A stretch of 64,000 nt of DNA, taken from assembly GCA_039096225.1 (NCBI GenBank), contig JBBPEB010000025.1, positions 806,001 to 870,000 on the forward strand. The letters run 5' to 3'. The notes beneath the pieces were generated by a model. It was not told the origin of the DNA. It ran no database searches and saw only the letters and a list, made by a program, of their open reading frames with translations. The position numbers and the translations under genes are program-made. Positions 12,420 to 25,400 of this stretch are shown here, piece by piece. The DNA comes from Blastocystis sp. Blastoise (taxonomy: Eukaryota > Protista > Bigyra: Opalinata). Position 1 is the stretch's first letter. Each line of letters begins with the position of its first letter.

Positions 12420-12627
12420 CAGGTTGCCCAATAGAAAAATTCTAATGATAGAATTGACATAATTGATGACTCTAGTAAATTCTCTGTCATGAGAACTATC
12501 AGATAGTGTTCTTGTAATTACCAAGAACATGATGTGAAAACTCATTTAATAGTAGATGCTTAGAAATGGAGACAGCAGTTGCTAAATGTGTCACATACTG
12601 ATTGGTTGCAACTTTTGAACCGCTCAA
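12420..12627 (-). mobile_element. Degenerate hAT element end (TIR ...GCAACTTTTGAACCGCTCAA), with a diverged inverted homologue at ~11040-11150
   Basis: 12605-12627 matches the family TIR. The reverse complement of 12420-12540 shares blocks (CATGACAGAGAA, TGTCAATT, CTATTGG) with 11040-11150. Confidence 0.55.
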
Positions 12628-13461
12628 TTTAATTACAAAAATCGATAGATTGGTGAAATAATATATGCAATATATATATATAAAATTTTACATATTTTTA
12701 ATATTTCTTTTTGCAAACAATATATTAAAGGTATAACTCGTTTTATTGTGATATATAAAAATATATTTAAACAAATAAATTATAAAAAAATGACATTTAC
12801 AATAAAACATCTTGATGTTTACACCAATCAATTAAATAAAGACCTGGAAACGTCTAATCAAATAGTAAAAAAAAAGTGTCTCACGATTATACGTTGATAG
12901 AAACATAGTCTTTAAGAAATTTATATTTTTGTTGTAGAAGTAATATTGTCGAACATCATTTATTGATATAGAGGCACATCGCAAAAGAAATAATAACAGT
13001 AAGAATTGTTGAGAAATGTGTAAATGTAATGAAAAGTAATCATAAATATATTTATAAGCGTCTTTGAATCTGAACAAAACAGAGTTAGCAGTTATAATGA
13101 TGGATAAATGATAAAGAAGCTAATTGCTTTGAGAATGAGCATCTCGTTGCCATGAGAATTGTCTTTTTATATAAAAATTCAGAAATCTCTTTAACATATT
13201 TAGCTCTATTGAAAATAATATAATACTTTTTAATTAGATAAAATAGAAAAAAATTAAGAATCATTTCCAAAAGTCACATGTTAAGAAATCAAAGAAAAGA
13301 TTTGATTGGAGAGAAATTAATTAAGTTTCAAATTTTTATTTTTCTTATGTAGTTGTAGCTAGTTGATTAATTATTTCCTATCTATTTCCCGATATAGTGT
13401 ATATAAATAGAGTTATACATGCATCTAATACTATATTAACATATAGGAAAAAAAAATCAAA

Positions 13462-16400
13462 ATGCAAAATTTCAAAACGGCCATCTTTTTGTTATGGCTA
13501 TTCTTTATTCCAGGCTTTTGCAATGAATTAAATAGCACCAAATCTGTTATTTACAAAAATAAAAATATAAACACGTTTCTTGTTGTTGAACCAGATAATG
13601 AGTACTGTCCACCAGGTATATTTTTATTAAAATTATTCTAATGAAGTTAGGCTCTTATTATGATGGATCTTTATGTATACAATGTCATGATGGTAACTAA
13701 TTACTTAAATATTATTTATTAATTTAGGTTTTTATTCGTCGGAGAGTGTTCCAATGAGCGACGAATACATATCTGACAATTGTCCAGAGTTATGTCCAGA
13801 GTTTTATTATTGTCCAGATGGTATAGTTTATATTTGTTAATTTCTTATAATTTTAGGTACTTCATCGCTTGAATCCGCAATAGAATGTTCAAATGAAGGC
13901 TATTACTGTCCTATAGGATCAAGTAATATCACTGCTGTATATATTTATTGTTTAAACTATAATATTTAGGTTCCAAATGGATATTATGCAAATACAATAT
14001 CAGACGGTATAAAAACGTTATACGGAGATATATCAATATGCAAAAGAGGTATATTTGTAAAGAATATAATATTTATATAAATATAGGACATTATTGTTCA
14101 TCAGGTATACTTAATAAGTGTCCAAAAGGAACATTTAGAACAATTACAGGAGGAAAAACAATAAATGATTGTGAGAAATGTGCAGCCGGCACATATAGTA
14201 CCACTTTAGGAAGATCTACAAAATGTACGTTGAAATGTTTAGAAGGTTATTATTGTTTAGAAGGATCTATATCATCAATTGAAAATGAATGTGGTAATGC
14301 AAATGTATATTGTCCTTTAGGTTCTTCTTCTCCTATTAATGTTCCTTTAGGTTCTTATTCTATTCCTCTTGATGTTAATTCTACAATTCGTTCTAATTTT
14401 GTTATTTGTGAAGAAGGTAATTATTGTATAGAAGGTATTAAATATTCTTGTCCATCTGGTTCTTATGGTAATGAAACTGGTCTTTATAATAATAATTGTA
14501 GTGGTAAATGTTTAGAAGGTTATTATTGTTTAGAAGGATCTATATCATCAATTGAAAATGAATGTGGTAATGCAAATGTATATTGTCCTTTAGGTTCTTC
14601 TTCTCCTATTAATGTTCCTTTAGGTTCTTATTCTATTCCTCTTGATGTTAATTCTACAATTCGTTCTAATTTTGTTATTTGTGAAGAAGGTAATTATTGT
14701 ATAGAAGGTATTAAATATTCTTGTCCATCTGGTTCTTATGGTAATGAAACTGGTCTTTATAATAATAATTGTAGTGGTAAATGTTTAGAAGGTTATTATT
14801 GTTTAGAAGGATCTATATCATCAATTGAAAATGAATGTGGTAATGCAAATGTATATTGTCCTTTAGGTTCTTCTTCTCCTATTAATGTTCCTTTAGGTTC
14901 TTATTCTATTCCTCTTGATGTTAATTCTACAATTCGTTCTAATTTTGTTATTTGTGAAGAAGGTAATTATTGTATAGAAGGTATTAAATATTCTTGTCCA
15001 TCTGGTTCTTATGGTAATGAAACTGGTCTTTATAATAATAATTGTAGTGGTAAATGTTTAGAAGGTTATTATTGTTTAGAAGGATCTATATCATCAATTG
15101 AAAATGAATGTGGTAATGCAAATGTATATTGTCCTTTAGGTTCTTCTTCTCCTATTAATGTTCCTTTAGGTTCTTATTCTATTCCTCTTGATGTTAATTC
15201 TACAATTCGTTCTAATTTTGTTATTTGTGAAGAAGGTAATTATTGTATAGAAGGTATTAAATATTCTTGTCCATCTGGTTCTTATGGTAATGAAACTGGT
15301 CTTTATAATAATAATTGTAGTGGTAAATGTTTAGAAGGTTATTATTGTTTAGAAGGATCTATATCATCAATTGAAAATGAATGTGGTAATGCAAATGTAT
15401 ATTGTCCTTTAGGTTCTTCTTCTCCTATTAATGTTCCTTTAGGTTCTTATTCTATTCCTCTTGATGTTAATTCTACAATTCGTTCTAATTTTGTTATTTG
15501 TGAAGAAGGTAATTATTGTATAGAAGGTATTAAATATTCTTGTCCATCTGGTTCTTATGGTAATGAAACTGGTCTTTATAATAATAATTGTAGTGGTAAA
15601 TGTTTAGAAGGTTATTATTGTTTAGAAGGATCTATATCATCAATTGAAAATGAATGTGGTAATGCAAATGTATATTGTCCTTTAGGTTCTTCTTCTCCTA
15701 TTAATGTTCCTTTAGGTTCTTATTCTATTCCTCTTGATGTTAATTCTACAATTCGTTCTAATTTTGTTATTTGTGAAGAAGGTAATTATTGTATAGAAGG
15801 TATTAAATATTCTTGTCCATCTGGTTCTTATGGTAATGAAACTGGTCTTTATAATAATAATTGTAGTGGTAAATGTTTAGAAGGTTATTATTGTTTAGAA
15901 GGATCTATATCATCAATTGAAAATGAATGTGGTAATGCAAATGTATATTGTCCTTTAGGTTCTTCTTCTCCTATTAATGTTCCTTTAGGTTCTTATTCTA
16001 TTCCTCTTGATGTTAATTCTACAATTCGTTCTAATTTTGTTATTTGTGAAGAAGGTAATTATTGTATAGAAGGTATTAAATATTCTTGTCCATCTGGTTC
16101 TTATGGTAATGAAACTGGTCTTTATAATAATAATTGTAGTGGTAAATGTTTAGAAGGTTATTATTGTTTAGAAGGATCTATATCATCAATTGAAAATGAA
16201 TGTGGTAATGCAAATGTATATTGTCCTTTAGGTTCTTCTTCTCCTATTAATGTTCCTTTAGGTTCTTATTCTATTCCTCTTGATGTTAATTCTACAATTC
16301 GTTCTAATTTTGTTATTTGTGAAGAAGGTAATTATTGTATAGAAGGTATTAAATATTCTTGTCCATCTGGTTCTTATGGTAATGAAACTGGTCTTTATAA

Positions 16401-19400
16401 TAATAATTGTAGTGGTAAATGTTTAGAAGGTTATTATTGTTTAGAAGGATCTATATCATCAATTGAAAATGAATGTGGTAATGCAAATGTATATTGTCCT
16501 TTAGGTTCTTCTTCTCCTATTAATGTTCCTTTAGGTTCTTATTCTATTCCTCTTGATGTTAATTCTACAATTCGTTCTAATTTTGTTATTTGTGAAGAAG
16601 GTAATTATTGTATAGAAGGTATTAAATATTCTTGTCCATCTGGTTCTTATGGTAATGAAACTGGTCTTTATAATAATAATTGTAGTGGTAAATGTTTAGA
16701 AGGTTATTATTGTTTAGAAGGATCTATATCATCAATTGAAAATGAATGTGGTAATGCAAATGTATATTGTCCTTTAGGTTCTTCTTCTCCTATTAATGTT
16801 CCTTTAGGTTCTTATTCTATTCCTCTTGATGTTAATTCTACAATTCGTTCTAATTTTGTTATTTGTGAAGAAGGTAATTATTGTATAGAAGGTATTAAAT
16901 ATTCTTGTCCATCTGGTTCTTATGGTAATGAAACTGGTCTTTATAATAATAATTGTAGTGGTAAATGTTTAGAAGGTTATTATTGTTTAGAAGGATCTAT
17001 ATCATCAATTGAAAATGAATGTGGTAATGCAAATGTATATTGTCCTTTAGGTTCTTCTTCTCCTATTAATGTTCCTTTAGGTTCTTATTCTATTCCTCTT
17101 GATGTTAATTCTACAATTCGTTCTAATTTTGTTATTTGTGAAGAAGGTAATTATTGTATAGAAGGTATTAAATATTCTTGTCCATCTGGTTCTTATGGTA
17201 ATGAAACTGGTCTTTATAATAATAATTGTAGTGGTAAATGTTTAGAAGGTTATTATTGTTTAGAAGGATCTATATCATCAATTGAAAATGAATGTGGTAA
17301 TGCAAATGTATATTGTCCTTTAGGTTCTTCTTCTCCTATTAATGTTCCTTTAGGTTCTTATTCTATTCCTCTTGATGTTAATTCTACAATTCGTTCTAAT
17401 TTTGTTATTTGTGAAGAAGGTAATTATTGTATAGAAGGTATTAAATATTCTTGTCCATCTGGTTCTTATGGTAATGAAACTGGTCTTTATAATAATAATT
17501 GTAGTGGTAAATGTTTAGAAGGTTATTATTGTTTAGAAGGATCTATATCATCAATTGAAAATGAATGTGGTAATGCAAATGTATATTGTCCTTTAGGTTC
17601 TTCTTCTCCTATTAATGTTCCTTTAGGTTCTTATTCTATTCCTCTTGATGTTAATTCTACAATTCGTTCTAATTTTGTTATTTGTGAAGAAGGTAATTAT
17701 TGTATAGAAGGTATTAAATATTCTTGTCCATCTGGTTCTTATGGTAATGAAACTGGTCTTTATAATAATAATTGTAGTGGTAAATGTTTAGAAGGTTATT
17801 ATTGTTTAGAAGGATCTATATCATCAATTGAAAATGAATGTGGTAATGCAAATGTATATTGTCCTTTAGGTTCTTCTTCTCCTATTAATGTTCCTTTAGG
17901 TTCTTATTCTATTCCTCTTGATGTTAATTCTACAATTCGTTCTAATTTTGTTATTTGTGAAGAAGGTAATTATTGTATAGAAGGTATTAAATATTCTTGT
18001 CCATCTGGTTCTTATGGTAATGAAACTGGTCTTTATAATAATAATTGTAGTGGTAAATGTTTAGAAGGTTATTATTGTTTAGAAGGATCTATATCATCAA
18101 TTGAAAATGAATGTGGTAATGCAAATGTATATTGTCCTTTAGGTTCTTCTTCTCCTATTAATGTTCCTTTAGGTTCTTATTCTATTCCTCTTGATGTTAA
18201 TTCTACAATTCGTTCTAGTTTTGTTATTTGTGAAGAAGGTAATTATTGTATAGAAGGTATTAAATATTCTTGTCCATCTGGTTCTTATGGTAATGAAACT
18301 GGTCTTTATAATAATAATTGTAGTGGTAAATGTTTAGAAGGTTATTATTGTTTAGAAGGATCTATATCATCAATTGAAAATGAATGTGGTAATGCAAATG
18401 TATATTGTCCTTTAGGTTCTTCTTCTCCTATTAATGTTCCTTTAGGTTCTTATTCTATTCCTCTTGATGTTAATTCTACAATTCGTTCTAATTTTGTTAT
18501 TTGTGAAGAAGGTAATTATTGTATAGAAGGTATTAAATATTCTTGTCCATCTGGTTCTTATGGTAATGAAACTGGTCTTTATAATAATAATTGTAGTGGT
18601 AAATGTTTAGAAGGTTATTATTGTTTAGAAGGATCTATATCATCAATTGAAAATGAATGTGGTAATGCAAATGTATATTGTCCTTTAGGTTCTTCTTCTC
18701 CTATTAATGTTCCTTTAGGTTCTTATTCTATTCCTCTTGATGTTAATTCTACAATTCGTTCTAATTTTGTTATTTGTGAAGAAGGTAATTATTGTATAGA
18801 AGGTATTAAATATTCTTGTCCATCTGGTTCTTATGGTAATGAAACTGGTCTTTATAATAATAATTGTAGTGGTAAATGTTTAGAAGGTTATTATTGTTTA
18901 GAAGGATCTATATCATCAATTGAAAATGAATGTGGTAATGCAAATGTATATTGTCCTTTAGGTTCTTCTTCTCCTATTAATGTTCCTTTAGGTTCTTATT
19001 CTATTCCTCTTGATGTTAATTCTACAATTCGTTCTAATTTTGTTATTTGTGAAGAAGGTAATTATTGTATAGAAGGTATTAAATATTCTTGTCCATCTGG
19101 TTCTTATGGTAATGAAACTGGTCTTTATAATAATAATTGTAGTGGTAAATGTTTAGAAGGTTATTATTGTTTAGAAGGATCTATATCATCAATTGAAAAT
19201 GAATGTGGTAATGCAAATGTATATTGTCCTTTAGGTTCTTCTTCTCCTATTAATGTTCCTTTAGGTTCTTATTCTATTCCTCTTGATGTTAATTCTACAA
19301 TTCGTTCTAATTTTGTTATTTGTGAAGAAGGTAATTATTGTATAGAAGGTATTAAATATTCTTGTCCATCTGGTTCTTATGGTAATGAAACTGGTCTTTA

Positions 19401-22400
19401 TAATAATAATTGTAGTGGTAAATGTTTAGAAGGTTATTATTGTTTAGAAGGATCTATATCATCAATTGAAAATGAATGTGGTAATGCAAATGTATATTGT
19501 CCTTTAGGTTCTTCTTCTCCTATTAATGTTCCTTTAGGTTCTTATTCTATTCCTCTTGATGTTAATTCTACAATTCGTTCTAATTTTGTTATTTGTGAAG
19601 AAGGTAATTATTGTATAGAAGGTATTAAATATTCTTGTCCATCTGGTTCTTATGGTAATGAAACTGGTCTTTATAATAATAATTGTAGTGGTAAATGTTT
19701 AGAAGGTTATTATTGTTTAGAAGGATCTATATCATCAATTGAAAATGAATGTGGTAATGCAAATGTATATTGTCCTTTAGGTTCTTCTTCTCCTATTAAT
19801 GTTCCTTTAGGTTCTTATTCTATTCCTCTTGATGTTAATTCTACAATTCGTTCTAATTTTGTTATTTGTGAAGAAGGTAATTATTGTATAGAAGGTATTA
19901 AATATTCTTGTCCATCTGGTTCTTATGGTAATGAAACTGGTCTTTATAATAATAATTGTAGTGGTAAATGTTTAGAAGGTTATTATTGTTTAGAAGGATC
20001 TATATCATCAATTGAAAATGAATGTGGTAATGCAAATGTATATTGTCCTTTAGGTTCTTCTTCTCCTATTAATGTTCCTTTAGGTTCTTATTCTATTCCT
20101 CTTGATGTTAATTCTACAATTCGTTCTAATTTTGTTATTTGTGAAGAAGGTAATTATTGTATAGAAGGTATTAAATATTCTTGTCCATCTGGTTCTTATG
20201 GTAATGAAACTGGTCTTTATAATAATAATTGTAGTGGTAAATGTTTAGAAGGTTATTATTGTTTAGAAGGATCTATATCATCAATTGAAAATGAATGTGG
20301 TAATGCAAATGTATATTGTCCTTTAGGTTCTTCTTCTCCTATTAATGTTCCTTTAGGTTCTTATTCTATTCCTCTTGATGTTAATTCTACAATTCGTTCT
20401 AATTTTGTTATTTGTGAAGAAGGTAATTATTGTATAGAAGGTATTAAATATTCTTGTCCATCTGGTTCTTATGGTAATGAAACTGGTCTTTATAATAATA
20501 ATTGTAGTGGTAAATGTTTAGAAGGTTATTATTGTTTAGAAGGATCTATATCATCAATTGAAAATGAATGTGGTAATGCAAATGTATATTGTCCTTTAGG
20601 TTCTTCTTCTCCTATTAATGTTCCTTTAGGTTCTTATTCTATTCCTCTTGATGTTAATTCTACAATTCGTTCTAATTTTGTTATTTGTGAAGAAGGTAAT
20701 TATTGTATAGAAGGTATTAAATATTCTTGTCCATCTGGTTCTTATGGTAATGAAACTGGTCTTTATAATAATAATTGTAGTGGTAAATGTTTAGAAGGTT
20801 ATTATTGTTTAGAAGGATCTATATCATCAATTGAAAATGAATGTGGTAATGCAAATGTATATTGTCCTTTAGGTTCTTCTTCTCCTATTAATGTTCCTTT
20901 AGGTTCTTATTCTATTCCTCTTGATGTTAATTCTACAATTCGTTCTAATTTTGTTATTTGTGAAGAAGGTAATTATTGTATAGAAGGTATTAAATATTCT
21001 TGTCCATCTGGTTCTTATGGTAATGAAACTGGTCTTTATAATAATAATTGTAGTGGTAAATGTTTAGAAGGTTATTATTGTTTAGAAGGATCTATATCAT
21101 CAATTGAAAATGAATGTGGTAATGCAAATGTATATTGTCCTTTAGGTTCTTCTTCTCCTATTAATGTTCCTTTAGGTTCTTATTCTATTCCTCTTGATGT
21201 TAATTCTACAATTCGTTCTAATTTTGTTATTTGTGAAGAAGGTAATTATTGTATAGAAGGTATTAAATATTCTTGTCCATCTGGTTCTTATGGTAATGAA
21301 ACTGGTCTTTATAATAATAATTGTAGTGGTAAATGTTTAGAAGGTTATTATTGTTTAGAAGGATCTATATCATCAATTGAAAATGAATGTGGTAATGCAA
21401 ATGTATATTGTCCTTTAGGTTCTTCTTCTCCTATTAATGTTCCTTTAGGTTCTTATTCTATTCCTCTTGATGTTAATTCTACAATTCGTTCTAATTTTGT
21501 TATTTGTGAAGAAGGTAATTATTGTATAGAAGGTATTAAATATTCTTGTCCATCTGGTTCTTATGGTAATGAAACTGGTCTTTATAATAATAATTGTAGT
21601 GGTAAATGTTTAGAAGGTTATTATTGTTTAGAAGGATCTATATCATCAATTGAAAATGAATGTGGTAATGCAAATGTATATTGTCCTTTAGGTTCTTCTT
21701 CTCCTATTAATGTTCCTTTAGGTTCTTATTCTATTCCTCTTGATGTTAATTCTACAATTCGTTCTAATTTTGTTATTTGTGAAGAAGGTAATTATTGTAT
21801 AGAAGGTATTAAATATTCTTGTCCATCTGGTTCTTATGGTAATGAAACTGGTCTTTATAATAATAATTGTAGTGGTAAATGTTTAGAAGGTTATTATTGT
21901 TTAGAAGGATCTATATCATCAATTGAAAATGAATGTGGTAATGCAAATGTATATTGTCCTTTAGGTTCTTCTTCTCCTATTAATGTTCCTTTAGGTTCTT
22001 ATTCTATTCCTCTTGATGTTAATTCTACAATTCGTTCTAATTTTGTTATTTGTGAAGAAGGTAATTATTGTATAGAAGGTATTAAATATTCTTGTCCATC
22101 TGGTTCTTATGGTAATGAAACTGGTCTTTATAATAATAATTGTAGTGGTAAATGTTTAGAAGGTTATTATTGTTTAGAAGGATCTATATCATCAATTGAA
22201 AATGAATGTGGTAATGCAAATGTATATTGTCCTTTAGGTTCTTCTTCTCCTATTAATGTTCCTTTAGGTTCTTATTCTATTCCTCTTGATGTTAATTCTA
22301 CAATTCGTTCTAATTTTGTTATTTGTGAAGAAGGTAATTATTGTATAGAAGGTATTAAATATTCTTGTCCATCTGGTTCTTATGGTAATGAAACTGGTCT

Positions 22401-25400
22401 TTATAATAATAATTGTAGTGGTAAATGTTTAGAAGGTTATTATTGTTTAGAAGGATCTATATCATCAATTGAAAATGAATGTGGTAATGCAAATGTATAT
22501 TGTCCTTTAGGTTCTTCTTCTCCTATTAATGTTCCTTTAGGTTCTTATTCTATTCCTCTTGATGTTAATTCTACAATTCGTTCTAATTTTGTTATTTGTG
22601 AAGAAGGTAATTATTGTATAGAAGGTATTAAATATTCTTGTCCATCTGGTTCTTATGGTAATGAAACTGGTCTTTATAATAATAATTGTAGTGGTAAATG
22701 TTTAGAAGGTTATTATTGTTTAGAAGGATCTATATCATCAATTGAAAATGAATGTGGTAATGCAAATGTATATTGTCCTTTAGGTTCTTCTTCTCCTATT
22801 AATGTTCCTTTAGGTTCTTATTCTATTCCTCTTGATGTTAATTCTACAATTCGTTCTAATTTTGTTATTTGTGAAGAAGGTAATTATTGTATAGAAGGTA
22901 TTAAATATTCTTGTCCATCTGGTTCTTATGGTAATGAAACTGGTCTTTATAATAATAATTGTAGTGGTAAATGTTTAGAAGGTTATTATTGTTTAGAAGG
23001 ATCTATATCATCAATTGAAAATGAATGTGGTAATGCAAATGTATATTGTCCTTTAGGTTCTTCTTCTCCTATTAATGTTCCTTTAGGTTCTTATTCTATT
23101 CCTCTTGATGTTAATTCTACAATTCGTTCTAATTTTGTTATTTGTGAAGAAGGTAATTATTGTATAGAAGGTATTAAATATTCTTGTCCATCTGGTTCTT
23201 ATGGTAATGAAACTGGTCTTTATAATAATAATTGTAGTGGTAAATGTTTAGAAGGTTATTATTGTTTAGAAGGATCTATATCATCAATTGAAAATGAATG
23301 TGGTAATGCAAATGTATATTGTCCTTTAGGTTCTTCTTCTCCTATTAATGTTCCTTTAGGTTCTTATTCTATTCCTCTTGATGTTAATTCTACAATTCGT
23401 TCTAATTTTGTTATTTGTGAAGAAGGTAATTATTGTATAGAAGGTATTAAATATTCTTGTCCATCTGGTTCTTATGGTAATGAAACTGGTCTTTATAATA
23501 ATAATTGTAGTGGTAAATGTTTAGAAGGTTATTATTGTTTAGAAGGATCTATATCATCAATTGAAAATGAATGTGGTAATGCAAATGTATATTGTCCTTT
23601 AGGTTCTTCTTCTCCTATTAATGTTCCTTTAGGTTCTTATTCTATTCCTCTTGATGTTAATTCTACAATTCGTTCTAATTTTGTTATTTGTGAAGAAGGT
23701 AATTATTGTATAGAAGGTATTAAATATTCTTGTCCATCTGGTTCTTATGGTAATGAAACTGGTCTTTATAATAATAATTGTAGTGGTAAATGTTTAGAAG
23801 GTTATTATTGTTTAGAAGGATCTATATCATCAATTGAAAATGAATGTGGTAATGCAAATGTATATTGTCCTTTAGGTTCTTCTTCTCCTATTAATGTTCC
23901 TTTAGGTTCTTATTCTATTCCTCTTGATGTTAATTCTACAATTCGTTCTAATTTTGTTATTTGTGAAGAAGGTAATTATTGTATAGAAGGTATTAAATAT
24001 TCTTGTCCATCTGGTTCTTATGGTAATGAAACTGGTCTTTATAATAATAATTGTAGTGGTAAATGTTTAGAAGGTTATTATTGTTTAGAAGGATCTATAT
24101 CATCAATTGAAAATGAATGTGGTAATGCAAATGTATATTGTCCTTTAGGTTCTTCTTCTCCTATTAATGTTCCTTTAGGTTCTTATTCTATTCCTCTTGA
24201 TGTTAATTCTACAATTCGTTCTAATTTTGTTATTTGTGAAGAAGGTAATTATTGTATAGAAGGTATTAAATATTCTTGTCCATCTGGTTCTTATGGTAAT
24301 GAAACTGGTCTTTATAATAATAATTGTAGTGGTAAATGTTTAGAAGGTTATTATTGTTTAGAAGGATCTATATCATCAATTGAAAATGAATGTGGTAATG
24401 CAAATGTATATTGTCCTTTAGGTTCTTCTTCTCCTATTAATGTTCCTTTAGGTTCTTATTCTATTCCTCTTGATGTTAATTCTACAATTCGTTCTAATTT
24501 TGTTATTTGTGAAGAAGGTAATTATTGTATAGAAGGTATTAAATATTCTTGTCCATCTGGTTCTTATGGTAATGAAACTGGTCTTTATAATAATAATTGT
24601 AGTGGTAAATGTTTAGAAGGTTATTATTGTTTAGAAGGATCTATATCATCAATTGAAAATGAATGTGGTAATGCAAATGTATATTGTCCTTTAGGTTCTT
24701 CTTCTCCTATTAATGTTCCTTTAGGTTCTTATTCTATTCCTCTTGATGTTAATTCTACAATTCGTTCTAATTTTGTTATTTGTGAAGAAGGTAATTATTG
24801 TATAGAAGGTATTAAATATTCTTGTCCATCTGGTTCTTATGGTAATGAAACTGGTCTTTATAATAATAATTGTAGTGGTAAATGTTTAGAAGGTTATTAT
24901 TGTTTAGAAGGATCTATATCATCAATTGAAAATGAATGTGGTAATGCAAATGTATATTGTCCTTTAGGTTCTTCTTCTCCTATTAATGTTCCTTTAGGTT
25001 CTTATTCTATTCCTCTTGATGTTAATTCTACAATTCGTTCTAATTTTGTTATTTGTGAAGAAGGTAATTATTGTATAGAAGGTATTAAATATTCTTGTCC
25101 ATCTGGTTCTTATGGTAATGAAACTGGTCTTTATAATAATAATTGTAGTGGTAAATGTTTAGAAGGTTATTATTGTTTAGAAGGATCTATATCATCAATT
25201 GAAAATGAATGTGGTAATGCAAATGTATATTGTCCTTTAGGTTCTTCTTCTCCTATTAATGTTCCTTTAGGTTCTTATTCTATTCCTCTTGATGTTAATT
25301 CTACAATTCGTTCTAATTTTGTTATTTGTGAAGAAGGTAATTATTGTATAGAAGGTATTAAATATTCTTGTCCATCTGGTTCTTATGGTAATGAAACTGG

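Noticed and set aside
12264-13270. Minus-strand ORFs 12264-12545, 12832-13077 and 13085-13270
   Set aside because: The first overlaps a transposon relic. The others show no recognisable homology or consistent exon structure.
14038-14086. ORF-track start MQKRYICKEYNIYINI for the 13,254-aa ORF
   Set aside because: It reads through intron 5 (14049-14086). The likely true start is the signal-peptide ATG at 13462.
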